Source: Candidatus Omnitrophota bacterium (GTDB lineage Bacteria > Omnitrophota > Gorgyraeia > Gygaellales > Profunditerraquicolaceae). From it: 52,585 nt of DNA. Positions 1 through 9,569 of the stretch are shown piece by piece. Position 1 is the first letter of the stretch. Each line of letters opens with the position of its first letter. The stretch is taken from the NCBI GenBank assembly GCA_043808425.1, contig JAZDEW010000023.1, positions 1 to 52,585 on the forward strand, in the 5' to 3' direction. The translations under genes and the position numbers were made by a program. The notes beneath the pieces were generated by a model. The model was not told the DNA's origin. It saw nothing but the letters and a program-made list of their open reading frames with translations, and did not search any database.

Positions 1-149
1 GCCAAACTCAAGGCCGCGGCAAACTCGGCCGTTTCAATAAATGCCCTCTTCCCATCAAAGATATCTTTGTCTACCCTCTCAACAAAAACTTCAGATATAT
101 CCTCTGTTCTGTTTAAAAAACGTGTTTACCGAATATTTACACTAAAACT

Positions 150-226
150 GTCATACCCGCGAAAGCGGGTATCTATAAGCCTATTGAAATCAATGGGTTT
201 TGGATTCCCGTTTTCACGGGAATGAC
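150..226. repeat. REP/dRS3-like palindromic element (GTCAT(T/A)CCCG...CGGGAATGAC family), copy 1
   Basis: GTCATACCCGCGAAAGCGGGTATC ... GGATTCCCGTTTTCACGGGAATGAC: two inverted hairpin units; near-identical units at 9497 and 17486. Confidence 0.85.
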
Positions 227-362
227 GAAAAATGGCATTTCGCAACAGTCCCATATTCTATAACAAACTTGCAATTAGTAAGTAATTTGGTAAGCGAATT
301 TAAAATTACAAAACCTGAGCTTTAAGCAACTCTCTAATAGGCGTAAAAAGTGAAAAAATTAT

Positions 363-418
363 AAAAATGGAACCGTTTCTATTTTTTCAAGCTTAAAAAT
401 AGAAACGGTCCCATTTTT
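363..418 (-). terminator. Long inverted repeat, probable terminator of the 929-aa gene
   Basis: AAAAATGGAACCGTTTCTATTTTT...AAAAATAGAAACGGTCCCATTTTT, 10 nt past the stop codon, with T-tails. Confidence 0.6.
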
Positions 419-427
419 CTCGCTGAA

Positions 428-3217
428 TTAGAACCTGCGGCGGTAATAAGCGCGGATGATATGCTGTGTATCTAAAGTAAGCATGCTGCCGCCATAGGGA
501 TCTAAATTCATACTGCCTATAGCGCTAGAGTTGCCTTCTCCATATTGTAGAATGATTTCGTCATCCTTGGAAGGAAGATACCTAAATTCACTATAAAAGT
601 TATGATGGCCCACAGGCTCCGTAATCCCCGCCACTAGCCGGCTAACATCCTGAGAACGTGAATAGACATATTTAAACATCATGCCAAATTTTGGAATAGG
701 CATATAAGTCAACTCCAGGCCTACGTGGTTTATATTATCTGAATTTAAACTTGCCGCCTGGAATTCGTTACGCGTATAATCTAAGTATATATCCATATTC
801 TCCAGAGGAGAAACCCTTAACCCCATTTTGAAAATATTATAAAATTCATAAGGCGCTTGAGGAAAATTCCCCTGGCTGTAGAGAAACGGATTAGTAAAGG
901 TATAATAAGAATCGGTACCCCACAGGTTGGTATCATTTCTTAAAACGTTGCGCGGAAAATTATCATAGCCTAAAGAATAATCATTGGTACGCTCATAAAC
1001 ACCATTTAAACTTAACCAGTCAAAGAAATCATAATTTAAGCCGAAAGATCCTGTCTTAAGCGTAGGATCTTCTCCATCGACAACAGCAGCATTATCAAAA
1101 AATTTACCGGTGCCATCATAAACAAAAGGGTCAACCCCGCCCACTGTCCTGGGAAGTTTATGATAAATACCTAAGATCTTAGCGGTTAATTTATCGGTGG
1201 CCCTTACCGAGAGCTCATCCCGTACTACATTTTCAATAAATTTTCCATTAACATTATGCACATTGCGCGTATCAAAGAGGTTATAGAATTTATCATCCAG
1301 GAATGTCTCAAAGCGGAAACCCAAAGTATCCCTTCCCGCATCAATACCATCGCCAATACGCGTGGCATTTAACCCACCCCAATTGTTTGCCGGCTTAGTT
1401 AAACCTTTAAAGAAATACTCCATGGGCCGGCGAAAATGAATATGCCTGCTCCAGCCGATATCCTGGCGGGTATTGTGAAAGTTAGATAAAGCCGAATCAA
1501 ACCCGCTATCCATACGGGAAAGATAAAATTTAGATTTTAAAAGATAGCTTTCTTCCTTGTCCAGAGTAATCTCATCATAACCATATTTTAAATCCATAAT
1601 ACTTTTCTGCGGGTAGCGCGATATAAAAGCAAAATAATAAGCATTCCCGCGGGATTTACTCTCATAAGTAGAATTATCCATATCGTAAAAAGATTGCGAG
1701 CTTAGAATTTCAGCCTGCGCCTTCATGCCCTCAATGACTTCATATCCTAAATCTACGCCTCCGACAAAGTTTTCACTATCTAACTTTTGCGGGTCAGTTT
1801 TAAATCCGGTGCGCGTAGTAAGTGTACCGCCGAGCATGAAACTGTCCGAAAAATAATGTTTCAGGCGGCTGGCAGAGATGACATTATCAACTACCTCGTA
1901 ATCCTGCCAAAGATGTTTAGGTGTGGCGACAGTAGTGTCAAAAGATGTCTGCTCTTGCGGCGAGAAGGAAAATGATGCGCCTCTTAATGCCGTAAGATAC
2001 TTACCGGTACTATCTTTAGATAAGAATGAGAGTGAATCATCCCAACGGCCTTTAGTAAAACTAGCAGAACGTTCTGTTCCCGGCAGATATCTGCGCAGCC
2101 AGGGGCTATCCTGCCACCAGATATGATGATTAGATATGCCCATCGGGTCATCTGAAGAATAAGCCTGGTCTTGATAACCTATAGGGAAAACCCGGAATTT
2201 AATTTGATCATTGGTATAATCCAGCCATAATTCACGCACCGGCTGGAATTCACGGTAGATCTTCATCTCCGGAATATCAAAAGCAGAAAAATCTCCAACG
2301 GGCACAGTAGTAGGAGGTGTCTTGCCATCTTCTACCTTTAATTCAGGTATATTAAAAGCATCGCCATCTACTAAACCATAAGCAGTCTTACTTAATGTGT
2401 ACTCGGAATTTGACAAATAATACAATTGCAAATCAGCAGAATCACCATCGGTATTAGTAATTGTAAACTTGCTGCTTTTTCCGGTAAAACTCCAGGGATC
2501 AACGGTAACATTAGTATGAAAGTTAAAGCCGCTTTCATTCTCCGTATCCACATTTACGCTTAAGGAATCATAGATTCTGGGGTCATAGGTATTAAAACCT
2601 TGATTCAACCCAGCATATGACCTTGTTCGCCAACTTTTATATTTTTCATTTAAATCAAAATTTGCTCTTTTCCAGATAAAATCATGAGGAGTAATTCCAA
2701 AACTAAGCCGCGTTTCTCCGGTTATTTTTAACGCGCCCACTTTTATTGCGCTATCTTTCTTTTCTTCTTCTGGCATTAAATCCGGGTAACCATAAAGATA
2801 AGCGACAGCGGCTTGAAGTTGTTTAATCTTGGCCAGCTCTTGATTCGCTATCTCTTCTTTCGCTTGTACCTCAGAATATTCAGGATATTCGAGATTCTCA
2901 GTATCTTGAATTACAGGAGTTTCTAAAACTACGGCTAGAGTTGTTACTGGACTGTAATCATCGGCAGGGCGGTTATCTTTGAAGATACTATTAATATAAT
3001 CTTTAGCCTCCACATTATCCGAATCAATCACCAGAACTTTATTAAATTCTGATAAAGCTTCTTCGGTTTTACCTTGAGCGTAAAAATTCCTGCCCAGCTC
3101 ACAAAGATAATCAACCGCTTGAGTTTGGCTGAAAGCTTCAACGTTAGGCAAAAACAAAAACACTAAGCAAATTAAAGCCAAAATTTTATATTTAGAATAC
3201 TGTTTAACCATAATCAT
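428..3217 (-). CDS. Exported protein with N-terminal TPR and large putative outer-membrane beta-barrel domain
   Basis: Signal peptide; TPR (YLCELGRNFYAQGKTEEALSEFNKVL); aromatic-rich alternating strands; C-terminal Phe (YYRRRF). Confidence 0.7.
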   Translation of the reverse strand: MIMVKQYSKYKILALICLVFLFLPNVEAFSQTQAVDYLCELGRNFYAQGKTEEALSEFNKVLVIDSDNVEAKDYINSIFKDNRPADDYSPVTTLAVVLETPVIQDTENLEYPEYSEVQAKEEIANQELAKIKQLQAAVAYLYGYPDLMPEEEKKDSAIKVGALKITGETRLSFGITPHDFIWKRANFDLNEKYKSWRTRSYAGLNQGFNTYDPRIYDSLSVNVDTENESGFNFHTNVTVDPWSFTGKSSKFTITNTDGDSADLQLYYLSNSEYTLSKTAYGLVDGDAFNIPELKVEDGKTPPTTVPVGDFSAFDIPEMKIYREFQPVRELWLDYTNDQIKFRVFPIGYQDQAYSSDDPMGISNHHIWWQDSPWLRRYLPGTERSASFTKGRWDDSLSFLSKDSTGKYLTALRGASFSFSPQEQTSFDTTVATPKHLWQDYEVVDNVISASRLKHYFSDSFMLGGTLTTRTGFKTDPQKLDSENFVGGVDLGYEVIEGMKAQAEILSSQSFYDMDNSTYESKSRGNAYYFAFISRYPQKSIMDLKYGYDEITLDKEESYLLKSKFYLSRMDSGFDSALSNFHNTRQDIGWSRHIHFRRPMEYFFKGLTKPANNWGGLNATRIGDGIDAGRDTLGFRFETFLDDKFYNLFDTRNVHNVNGKFIENVVRDELSVRATDKLTAKILGIYHKLPRTVGGVDPFVYDGTGKFFDNAAVVDGEDPTLKTGSFGLNYDFFDWLSLNGVYERTNDYSLGYDNFPRNVLRNDTNLWGTDSYYTFTNPFLYSQGNFPQAPYEFYNIFKMGLRVSPLENMDIYLDYTRNEFQAASLNSDNINHVGLELTYMPIPKFGMMFKYVYSRSQDVSRLVAGITEPVGHHNFYSEFRYLPSKDDEIILQYGEGNSSAIGSMNLDPYGGSMLTLDTQHIIRAYYRRRF

Positions 3218-3221
3218 ATTT

Positions 3222-3249
3222 ATTATATGGAATTTCTAAATAATGTCAA
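3222..3249 (-). promoter_or_regulatory. sigma70-type promoter of the 929-aa gene
   Basis: TTGACA-16 bp-TATAAT, perfect hexamers, immediately upstream of the ATG. Confidence 0.75.
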
Positions 3250-3290
3250 CATCAAATTAAATTAGTTACCACTGAAAAACCCTCATTTTC

Positions 3291-3343
3291 GTGTCATTCT
3301 TAAAATATAGATTGCTTCGCCCCTTCGGGGCTCGCAATGACAC
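3291..3343. repeat. REP-like palindrome (GTCATT...AGATTGCTTCG...CTCGCAATGAC type), one arm degenerate
   Basis: Terminal GTGTCATT/AATGACAC inverted repeat and internal GCCCCTTCGGGGC hairpin. Confidence 0.65.
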
Positions 3344-3617
3344 TTTTTCAGCGTTAACTAAATTATCAATTAGTTTATCAACCCTCAAGATTAAAACATT
3401 TAATCTACGAAAAACCTCGGGGTTAAAACACATCAAAGGCGCAGTCACGCTGAAGATACTTTTACTAACAGAACAAGCTTGTTTCAGGACTATTGCGAAA
3501 TATCATTTTCCGTGATCCTGGCGCAAACTGGGCATTTCACAATAGTTTTATCAGGCCAGATTAATGATGCGGCGCAATCACTTACATCCTTTTATATATA
3601 TGCGCCTAGGCGGGGTT

Positions 3618-3658
3618 GCCTGCCGCCTGCTTGACGACAGTCAGGGCAAGCAGGAGGC
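3618..3658. repeat. Palindromic repeat (CTGCCGCCTGCYTGACGRCAGTCAGG family), copy 1
   Basis: About 30 nt near-identical to 15041-15073. Confidence 0.7.
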
Positions 3659-3674
3659 CACTACTAATCTTTTT

Positions 3675-3748
3675 TGCGCCCAGCAGGAATCGAACCTGCA
3701 ACATCCAGCTCCGAAGGCTAGCGCTCTATCCAGTTGAGCTATGGGCGC
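3675..3748 (-). tRNA. tRNA-Arg(TCG)
   Basis: GCGCCCATAGCTCAACTGGATAGAGC...CTAGC-CT-TCG-GA-GCTGG...GGTTCGATTCC...GGGCGCA cloverleaf; CCA not encoded. Confidence 0.93.
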
Positions 3749-3749
3749 A

Positions 3750-4469
3750 TTAAATAATTTCAGCCTTATCCCCCAATATCTCTCTAATTTTCTCCAGCTT
3801 AGCTTTTTCCACGGGAAAAACATTTTCTTCCGCGGGCTTACGCGCAGGTGAATTAAGCTGAATTTTATCTGGATTTATATATTGAATCACTTTCTTTAAT
3901 TTCTCGATATGCTCCAAATCATCATTAACTCCGGCAATCAGCATGACCTCAAGCCAAATCTGGCCGCGAAATTCTTTTCTTAAAGCCACCAGGCCATCGA
4001 TAATTTCATTTAATTTTATGCCAATGTGCGGCCGATCGATGCGTTTAAAAATCTCTGCCTCCACCGCGTCTAAAGAAGGCACGATTAAATCCGCTTTCAA
4101 GAGCCCCTTGCGCACCACGGGGTCTCCTAAAAGCGTAGAATTTGTAATCACCGCTATTTTAAAACCATTTATATTTCTTACCCGATCAATTAACTCTCCT
4201 ATGCAAGTATTTAAAGTTGGTTCGCCCAGCCCGGAAAGAGTAATAAATTTTAGCTCCCGGGCTTCCTGAAGATGATTTTGCATCCAGGATTTTAATTCCC
4301 GGATAATCTCATCGGCTTTAACGTATTCTTTTCTGGCCAGGACTGTCTTGCCCACGCTGCCCCATTGGCAGTAAATGCAGTCTAGATCGCATACTTTATG
4401 CAAACTAAGGCTTAAGCCCAAGGAAAGCCCTAGCCGGCGTGATTTTATCGGTCCATAGATATATTTCAT
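3750..4469 (-). CDS. Radical SAM protein (short TYW1-like Fe-S oxidoreductase family)
   Basis: YGPIKSRRLGLSLG N-terminus, CDLDCIYC (CxxxCxxC), SGLGEPTL, ITNSTLL. Confidence 0.88.
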   Translation of the reverse strand: MKYIYGPIKSRRLGLSLGLSLSLHKVCDLDCIYCQWGSVGKTVLARKEYVKADEIIRELKSWMQNHLQEARELKFITLSGLGEPTLNTCIGELIDRVRNINGFKIAVITNSTLLGDPVVRKGLLKADLIVPSLDAVEAEIFKRIDRPHIGIKLNEIIDGLVALRKEFRGQIWLEVMLIAGVNDDLEHIEKLKKVIQYINPDKIQLNSPARKPAEENVFPVEKAKLEKIREILGDKAEII

Positions 4470-4492
4470 AGCAACGTTTGCGATATGATATT

Positions 4493-4535
4493 AAAACTTT
4501 AGGGCGCTACTTTTCCAGCAGCGCCCTAAAATTTT
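4493..4535. terminator. Intrinsic terminator downstream of the CBM48 gene
   Basis: TTTAGGGCGCT...AGCGCCCTAAA stem with T-runs on both strands. Confidence 0.7.
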
Positions 4536-4559
4536 CTCTATAATTATTAAGCGGGTAAA

Positions 4560-4835
4560 TTATTTAACCTCAACCACGCAATTATGCGAACCGACTGAGT
4601 TGGCTACACAAGTGGTACAGAGAGGGTCATTTATCCAGCTTCCGTCCACAATAAACTTATACTCATGTCTTCCCGGCTTAAGAACAACCTTGGCTGTCCA
4701 GCTGCCCTTGCTATTCTGCTTGGCGAGCAATTTTTTGCTATCCCATTTATTAAAGCTCCCGGCCACCACCACTTTCCTGGCCCCCGGGGCGTATAACTTA
4801 AACTCCGTTGGTTTTGCTTCAGCGATCCGTGGCAT
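4560..4835 (-). CDS. Stand-alone glycogen-binding (CBM48 / AMPK-beta-like) protein
   Basis: APGARKVVVAGSFNKW...LKPGRHEYKFIVDGSWINDP; GGAGG RBS. Confidence 0.9.
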   Translation of the reverse strand: MPRIAEAKPTEFKLYAPGARKVVVAGSFNKWDSKKLLAKQNSKGSWTAKVVLKPGRHEYKFIVDGSWINDPLCTTCVANSVGSHNCVVEVK

Positions 4836-4907
4836 ATTTCCTCCCTTTTTATGTATTCATTTTTACACTAGAAACTGCTGCTGTCAAGAGAAAAAACGCC
4901 TCCCTTT

Positions 4908-5723
4908 TTAAATGGCAACGATGGAAATTCCTCGGCGGTCTGCCAGCCGGGCGCTTTCTTTCTGGTCAATAAACAGTGTCTTACCAGCTTCAAAAGCCAG
5001 GCACCGGCATTTTGCCTTAACCAAATTCTTGATTGTATTTAATCCGATAACCGGAATATCAAAACGCATATCCTGATTAGGCTTGCTGGCCTTAACAATA
5101 ACCACCTTGCTCCGGCCAAGTTTGCCCGCCCGGCGAATTAAATTATCCGTTCCCTCAAAAGCCTCCACCGCCACGATGGCCTTACTTTTAACCGCCACCG
5201 TCTGGCCGATATCGAGATTGGCCACAGCTTTAGCCAAACTCAAACCAAAATAAACATCCTCCCAGGTATTAAAATCCGGCTCTAGTTTAGTGAGGGTGCC
5301 TTTTTTAGGCAGATATTCTTCGATAAAAGTAGTGGAGTCCAAAAGAGCCAAACCGGCTGCTTCTAACTTTTTAGCCACCGCCCCAAATAATGTATCCGCT
5401 TTTTTATCTTTAAGCGCATCCAGAATCTGCCTTAATTCCGGGCTGGACTGGGCCTCTTTGCTAAATAACCGGCGCGGGCTGATTTGTCCGGCCATCACCA
5501 CCGCCTCTACGGCTTCGGCTTTAAATATATCAATCATTTTCTGAAACTCAGAAAGTTTCAGCCAATAAATCTTATCGACAATTTTTTTTAATTTTGCCGA
5601 GGTATCGCCCTTAATGGCAATGGCGATAATTTTACAGCCTCCTTTCCTGGCGCTAGCCGCGAAAAGAAGCGGAAATTTTCTATTCCCGGCAATCAAACCG
5701 ATTTTTTTCATATTTATCGGCAT
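4908..5723 (-). CDS. lpxI: UDP-2,3-diacylglucosamine diphosphatase LpxI
   Basis: IGLIAGN, DIGQTV, VAVEAFEGTD, KPNQDMRFDIPVIG; follows lpxA. Confidence 0.93.
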   Translation of the reverse strand: MPINMKKIGLIAGNRKFPLLFAASARKGGCKIIAIAIKGDTSAKLKKIVDKIYWLKLSEFQKMIDIFKAEAVEAVVMAGQISPRRLFSKEAQSSPELRQILDALKDKKADTLFGAVAKKLEAAGLALLDSTTFIEEYLPKKGTLTKLEPDFNTWEDVYFGLSLAKAVANLDIGQTVAVKSKAIVAVEAFEGTDNLIRRAGKLGRSKVVIVKASKPNQDMRFDIPVIGLNTIKNLVKAKCRCLAFEAGKTLFIDQKESARLADRRGISIVAI

Positions 5724-6493
5724 GAGCGGGTTAATCCGCGCTCAGAACTTTTAACAAAATTAACCAGATAAGCCACCTCTTCGGTTTTTTCTATTTCTTT
5801 TTCCACTCTTTCTAAAGCATGTTTCGCGGATAACCCGGAATTAAATATCAATCTAAAAGCCTGATCAATTTTTTTAATCGCCTCCGGTAAAATGCCTTTG
5901 CGCCTTAAGCCGACAAGGTTTAAGCCGTAGACGCGCGCCGGATGGCCATCACAGGTAGAAAACGGGGGAATATCCTGAACCACCTTAGAACATCCTCCGA
6001 TAATCGCCAGCATGCCGATGCGCACAAACTGATGAATAGCCACGATGCCCCCGATAACCGCTTTATCTTCAATGCTCACATGGCCGGCCAAGGTGCTATT
6101 GTTAGCTAAAACACAGCCGTTTCCCACCCGGCAATCATGGGCAACATGTGAATAGGCCATCAACAAATTATCGTCGCCCATAACAGTTTTGGAGCCTTCG
6201 GTAGTCCCCGGATTAAGCGTGCAATACTCGCGGATAATATTATTATTGCCAATCTCTAAAAAAACTTTTTCACCTTTAAACTTACGGTCCTGCGGCCGGC
6301 TGCCGACTACGGCTCCGGTAAATATTTCACAATTTTTTCCAATAGCCGTATTGCCCTCAATAACGCAATGCGCGCCAATTTTAGTATCCGCCCCAATGCT
6401 TACCTGATCGCCGATTATACTAAACGGGCCAATGGAAACGCCTATTGCTAATTTTGCTTTTGAAGAAACGATTGCGGATGAATGTATTGACAT
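5714..6493 (-). CDS. lpxA: UDP-N-acetylglucosamine O-acyltransferase LpxA
   Basis: Hexapeptide repeats, PQD, IREY, HVAHDC, HQFVRIG, GLNLVGLRR. Confidence 0.96.
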   Translation of the reverse strand: MSIHSSAIVSSKAKLAIGVSIGPFSIIGDQVSIGADTKIGAHCVIEGNTAIGKNCEIFTGAVVGSRPQDRKFKGEKVFLEIGNNNIIREYCTLNPGTTEGSKTVMGDDNLLMAYSHVAHDCRVGNGCVLANNSTLAGHVSIEDKAVIGGIVAIHQFVRIGMLAIIGGCSKVVQDIPPFSTCDGHPARVYGLNLVGLRRKGILPEAIKKIDQAFRLIFNSGLSAKHALERVEKEIEKTEEVAYLVNFVKSSERGLTRSCR

Positions 6494-6531
6494 AACTAAT
6501 CTTTCAATTCGTTAAACTCACTAAAGATTAA

Positions 6532-6605
6532 TGGTGAGCGTCCTTCGACTATGCTCAGGATAACCCTGAGCGAACAAAGTGAACCGAATGGGCGCAGGCG
6601 AACCA
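6532..6605. repeat. Palindromic repeat (TTCGAC...GCTCAGG family), intergenic copy
   Basis: CCTTCGACTATGCTCAGGATAACCCTGAGCG; same core as the inserts at 34173 and 36695. Confidence 0.7.
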
Positions 6606-7901
6606 CTAATTCTCAACCAGAGCAAACATCAGATCTGCTTCCGCCACTATTTTCCCATCGACCAGGGCCTTACCATGCACCGAGCCCATCCGAGAGCGCA
6701 TTTTTCCGGCAACCACTTCAAAAACCAGTTGATCACCCGGAACGACTACCTTTCTAAATTTAGCCTTATCAATCGCTAAAAAAAACGCCAGCTTGCCCCG
6801 GTTTTCGTCGCGCTCCAACATCATCACTCCGCCCACCTGAGCCATCGCCTCAATAATCAACACTCCCGGCATAACCGGCCGTCCCGGAAAATGCCCTCTA
6901 AAAAAATAGTCATTTATCGTAACATTCTTAATCCCTACCGCGCATTTACCTTTTTCTAAATGAATTATACGATCCACGAACAAAAACGGCTCGCGGTGAG
7001 GCAAAATCCGCATAATCTGATTCACATCCATTGCTCCTTGCGCGTTATGCACGCCCTGCGCGGCGATTCTCTGTTCATAAACTTTCTGGGCGGCCTTTAA
7101 ATTTAAGGAATGCCCGCTTTTTAAAGCCACCACATGGCCGTTAATCGGACAGCCGGCTAGATAAAGATCCCCGATTAAATCCAAAATCTTGTGCCTGACG
7201 AATTCATCATTAAACCGGAGCTTGTTTTTAATTACGCCCGTTTTACCGACCACTAAAGTATTTTCATAATTAGCGCCTAGGCCTAAGCCTTGACTTTGTA
7301 ATTCGCTCGCTTCACTCTCCAGGCAAAAAGTACGCGCCGGAGAAAGAGCGGTTTTAAAAGATTCCGCGTTAATGGCTATCTCTAAAAATTGCGCCGCCAG
7401 CATGGGGTGATCATAGTTTAAGGTATAAGAAATCTTAAAATCTTTGGCCGGAAGAATAGTAATCGAACTTAAGCCTTCTTGAATGCAAATCGGCTCCTTG
7501 ACGGTATAAACATATCTTGGTTTATCTTGAGGCGCTATCCCGGCCTTTTCCAGCGCCTCGACAAAATTAATTGAGCTTCCGTCTAAGCCGGGAACCTCAT
7601 TATTATCTATTTGAATATCAATATTATCTATTCCCAAACAAGATAAAGCCGCCATCAGATGTTCAACCGTCTGCACCTCTGTCTGATCATGGCCGATCGA
7701 AGAACGCCGGCTGGATTTAGGCGTCAGCAATAAAGATCCCACATCCGCTTTAATTCTGGGAGCTCCCGGAATATCCGTACGAATAAAAGTTACTCCGGAA
7801 TCCGCCTCTGCCGGCTTAAAAGTCATATTGACATTATTGCCCGTATGGATACCCACGCCCTTAAGAGTAACCTGGTTAACAATCGTCCTTTGTTTATCCA
7901 T
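6606..7901 (-). CDS. lpxC/fabZ: Bifunctional LpxC/FabZ fusion
   Basis: QRTI..GVGIHTG, TVEHLMAAL, HKILDLIGDL (LpxC); LPHREPFLFVDRI, GHFPGRPVMPGVLIIEAMAQ (FabZ). Confidence 0.96.
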   Translation of the reverse strand: MDKQRTIVNQVTLKGVGIHTGNNVNMTFKPAEADSGVTFIRTDIPGAPRIKADVGSLLLTPKSSRRSSIGHDQTEVQTVEHLMAALSCLGIDNIDIQIDNNEVPGLDGSSINFVEALEKAGIAPQDKPRYVYTVKEPICIQEGLSSITILPAKDFKISYTLNYDHPMLAAQFLEIAINAESFKTALSPARTFCLESEASELQSQGLGLGANYENTLVVGKTGVIKNKLRFNDEFVRHKILDLIGDLYLAGCPINGHVVALKSGHSLNLKAAQKVYEQRIAAQGVHNAQGAMDVNQIMRILPHREPFLFVDRIIHLEKGKCAVGIKNVTINDYFFRGHFPGRPVMPGVLIIEAMAQVGGVMMLERDENRGKLAFFLAIDKAKFRKVVVPGDQLVFEVVAGKMRSRMGSVHGKALVDGKIVAEADLMFALVEN

Positions 7902-8939
7902 TTATTTATCCTTTAGCCTTGCTTCCAGCTCTTCAATCCTTCCCTTTAATTCCCTAACCAGGTTAAAGAGCTTAGGCAGATTTTGTAAGCTGGCATTAGC
8001 TCTCTGGGTGGCCATAAAAGGCCGAGCCGGATAACCCGAAACCATCGTATCCGCCGGAACAGACTTAGCCACTCCGGATTGACCCGTTACAATAACGTTG
8101 TCTCCCAAAGTAATATGTCCGGCTATTCCTGATTGGCCGCCTAAAGTTACGTTATTACCCATAATCACGCTGCCGGCAATACCCGCCTGAGCGACAACCA
8201 AAACATTCTCACCGATAACCACATTGTGGCCAATCTGCACCAGATTATCAATTTTAGTTCCGCGGCCAATCACCGTTTTATCAAAACGCGCCCGGTCAAC
8301 GGTAACATTCGCTCCGATTTCCACATCATCATGGATCTCAACTGTCCCCACCTGAGGAATTTTATAATGCACCCCTTTAACCGTAACAAATCCAAAACCA
8401 TCAGAACCAATCACTGCTCCGGAATGAATGATCACGCCTCTACCGATACTGATATGTTCACGTATTGAAACATGCGGATAAATTAATGTTCGGCTGCCAA
8501 TTTTTGTATGGTGGCCAACATAGCAACCGGCAAAAATTGTTACGTTATCTCCGAGCGTAACATTATCCCCAATAACGCAATAAGCTCCAATCGTTACGTC
8601 TTTACCCAAAGAGGCATTCTTACCGATAGTGGCAGTAAAATCTATGCCCCTGGGATGCCCGGCATCACTAGGCATAAACATAGAAACAATTTTAATAAAA
8701 GCCAAGGAAGGATTCTCGGTTAGAATAATCGGCTTAACCGTTTCTCGCGCATCAGCGGAAGTAATAATCGCTGCCGCGCGTGTTTTATCCATCATCGGGG
8801 TATACTTGGAATTAGCCAAAAAGGTAATGTCCCCCTCGACTGCCTCTCTGATTCCGGAAGCTCCGGTAATCAAGGTATCCCCGTTTCCGATAACCTGTCC
8901 GTCAATAAGCTTAGCTATCTCATTGAGTGTTTTTTGCAT
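7902..8939 (-). CDS. lpxD: UDP-3-O-acylglucosamine N-acyltransferase LpxD
   Basis: [35 protein letters not shown]. Confidence 0.96.
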   Translation of the reverse strand: MQKTLNEIAKLIDGQVIGNGDTLITGASGIREAVEGDITFLANSKYTPMMDKTRAAAIITSADARETVKPIILTENPSLAFIKIVSMFMPSDAGHPRGIDFTATIGKNASLGKDVTIGAYCVIGDNVTLGDNVTIFAGCYVGHHTKIGSRTLIYPHVSIREHISIGRGVIIHSGAVIGSDGFGFVTVKGVHYKIPQVGTVEIHDDVEIGANVTVDRARFDKTVIGRGTKIDNLVQIGHNVVIGENVLVVAQAGIAGSVIMGNNVTLGGQSGIAGHITLGDNVIVTGQSGVAKSVPADTMVSGYPARPFMATQRANASLQNLPKLFNLVRELKGRIEELEARLKDK

Positions 8940-8963
8940 TTGATAAACCCTTATTTACTTTAT

Positions 8964-9470
8964 TTATTTCTTCCCGCCATCATTTAAAATAGCGATAATC
9001 TGATTGGTAATTTCCATACTCTTGGCCTGATAAACCAATACCCGGTCGTTAAATACTAAGGTGTAACCTTCGGCTTCAGAATACTTCTTCACTGCCTCCT
9101 CAATTTCCTTAAGAATCTCTTTCATTTTCTCATCTTGCTCTTTACGTAAAACTTCCTGCTTCTGGCGGTCATAATCCTGGAAATCTTTTACCTTGGCTTG
9201 AAGTTCAGCGCCCCTGGCTTCTCTTTGTTTATCATTAAGCAAGCTCAATTTATCCTGAAAAGCTTTTAAATCCGCGACTTTTTTGTCACGCTCGGCAGTA
9301 TAATCCTTTTCTTTATCGCTTAAAGTCTTGTCATACCCCTTAGTCTTATTATATTCGCTAAAAGTACGGCTTAAATCAATATAGGCAAACTTATCCGCGG
9401 CCTGCGCGCTGCCCACAAATAAAACCAAACTAATGATCGCTATCCCCAAAACCATTACTTTCTTTTTCAT
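8964..9470 (-). CDS. skp: OmpH/Skp periplasmic chaperone
   Basis: Signal peptide, KFAYIDL, long coiled coil, GYTLVF; between bamA and lpxD; start set at the ATG after AAGGAGG. Confidence 0.92.
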   Translation of the reverse strand: MKKKVMVLGIAIISLVLFVGSAQAADKFAYIDLSRTFSEYNKTKGYDKTLSDKEKDYTAERDKKVADLKAFQDKLSLLNDKQREARGAELQAKVKDFQDYDRQKQEVLRKEQDEKMKEILKEIEEAVKKYSEAEGYTLVFNDRVLVYQAKSMEITNQIIAILNDGGKK

Positions 9471-9496
9471 TTTTACTTCCTCCTTGTTAATCATTC

Positions 9497-9564
9497 GTCA
9501 TTCCCGAATGTTTTAATCGGGAATCTTTGAATTCATTTAGGATTCCCGCTTTCGCGGGAATGAC
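9497..9564. repeat. REP/dRS3-like palindromic element, copy 2
   Basis: GTCATTCCCG...CGGGAATC...GGATTCCCGCTTTCGCGGGAATGAC. Confidence 0.85.
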
Positions 9565-9569
9565 TAAAC

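Noticed and set aside
1-125. Open minus-strand frame (FLNRTEDISEVFVERVDK...) running off the window
   Set aside because: No clear start codon or recognisable motif; too short to call
3266-3615. Short ORFs 3266-3448 and 3291-3515 and a possible gene remnant
   Set aside because: They run through a REP-like palindrome, lack RBS and motifs; the region remains unexplained
6606-7901. LpxC-FabZ fusion as a novelty
   Set aside because: Well known in Bacteroidota, Chlorobi and some PVC lineages
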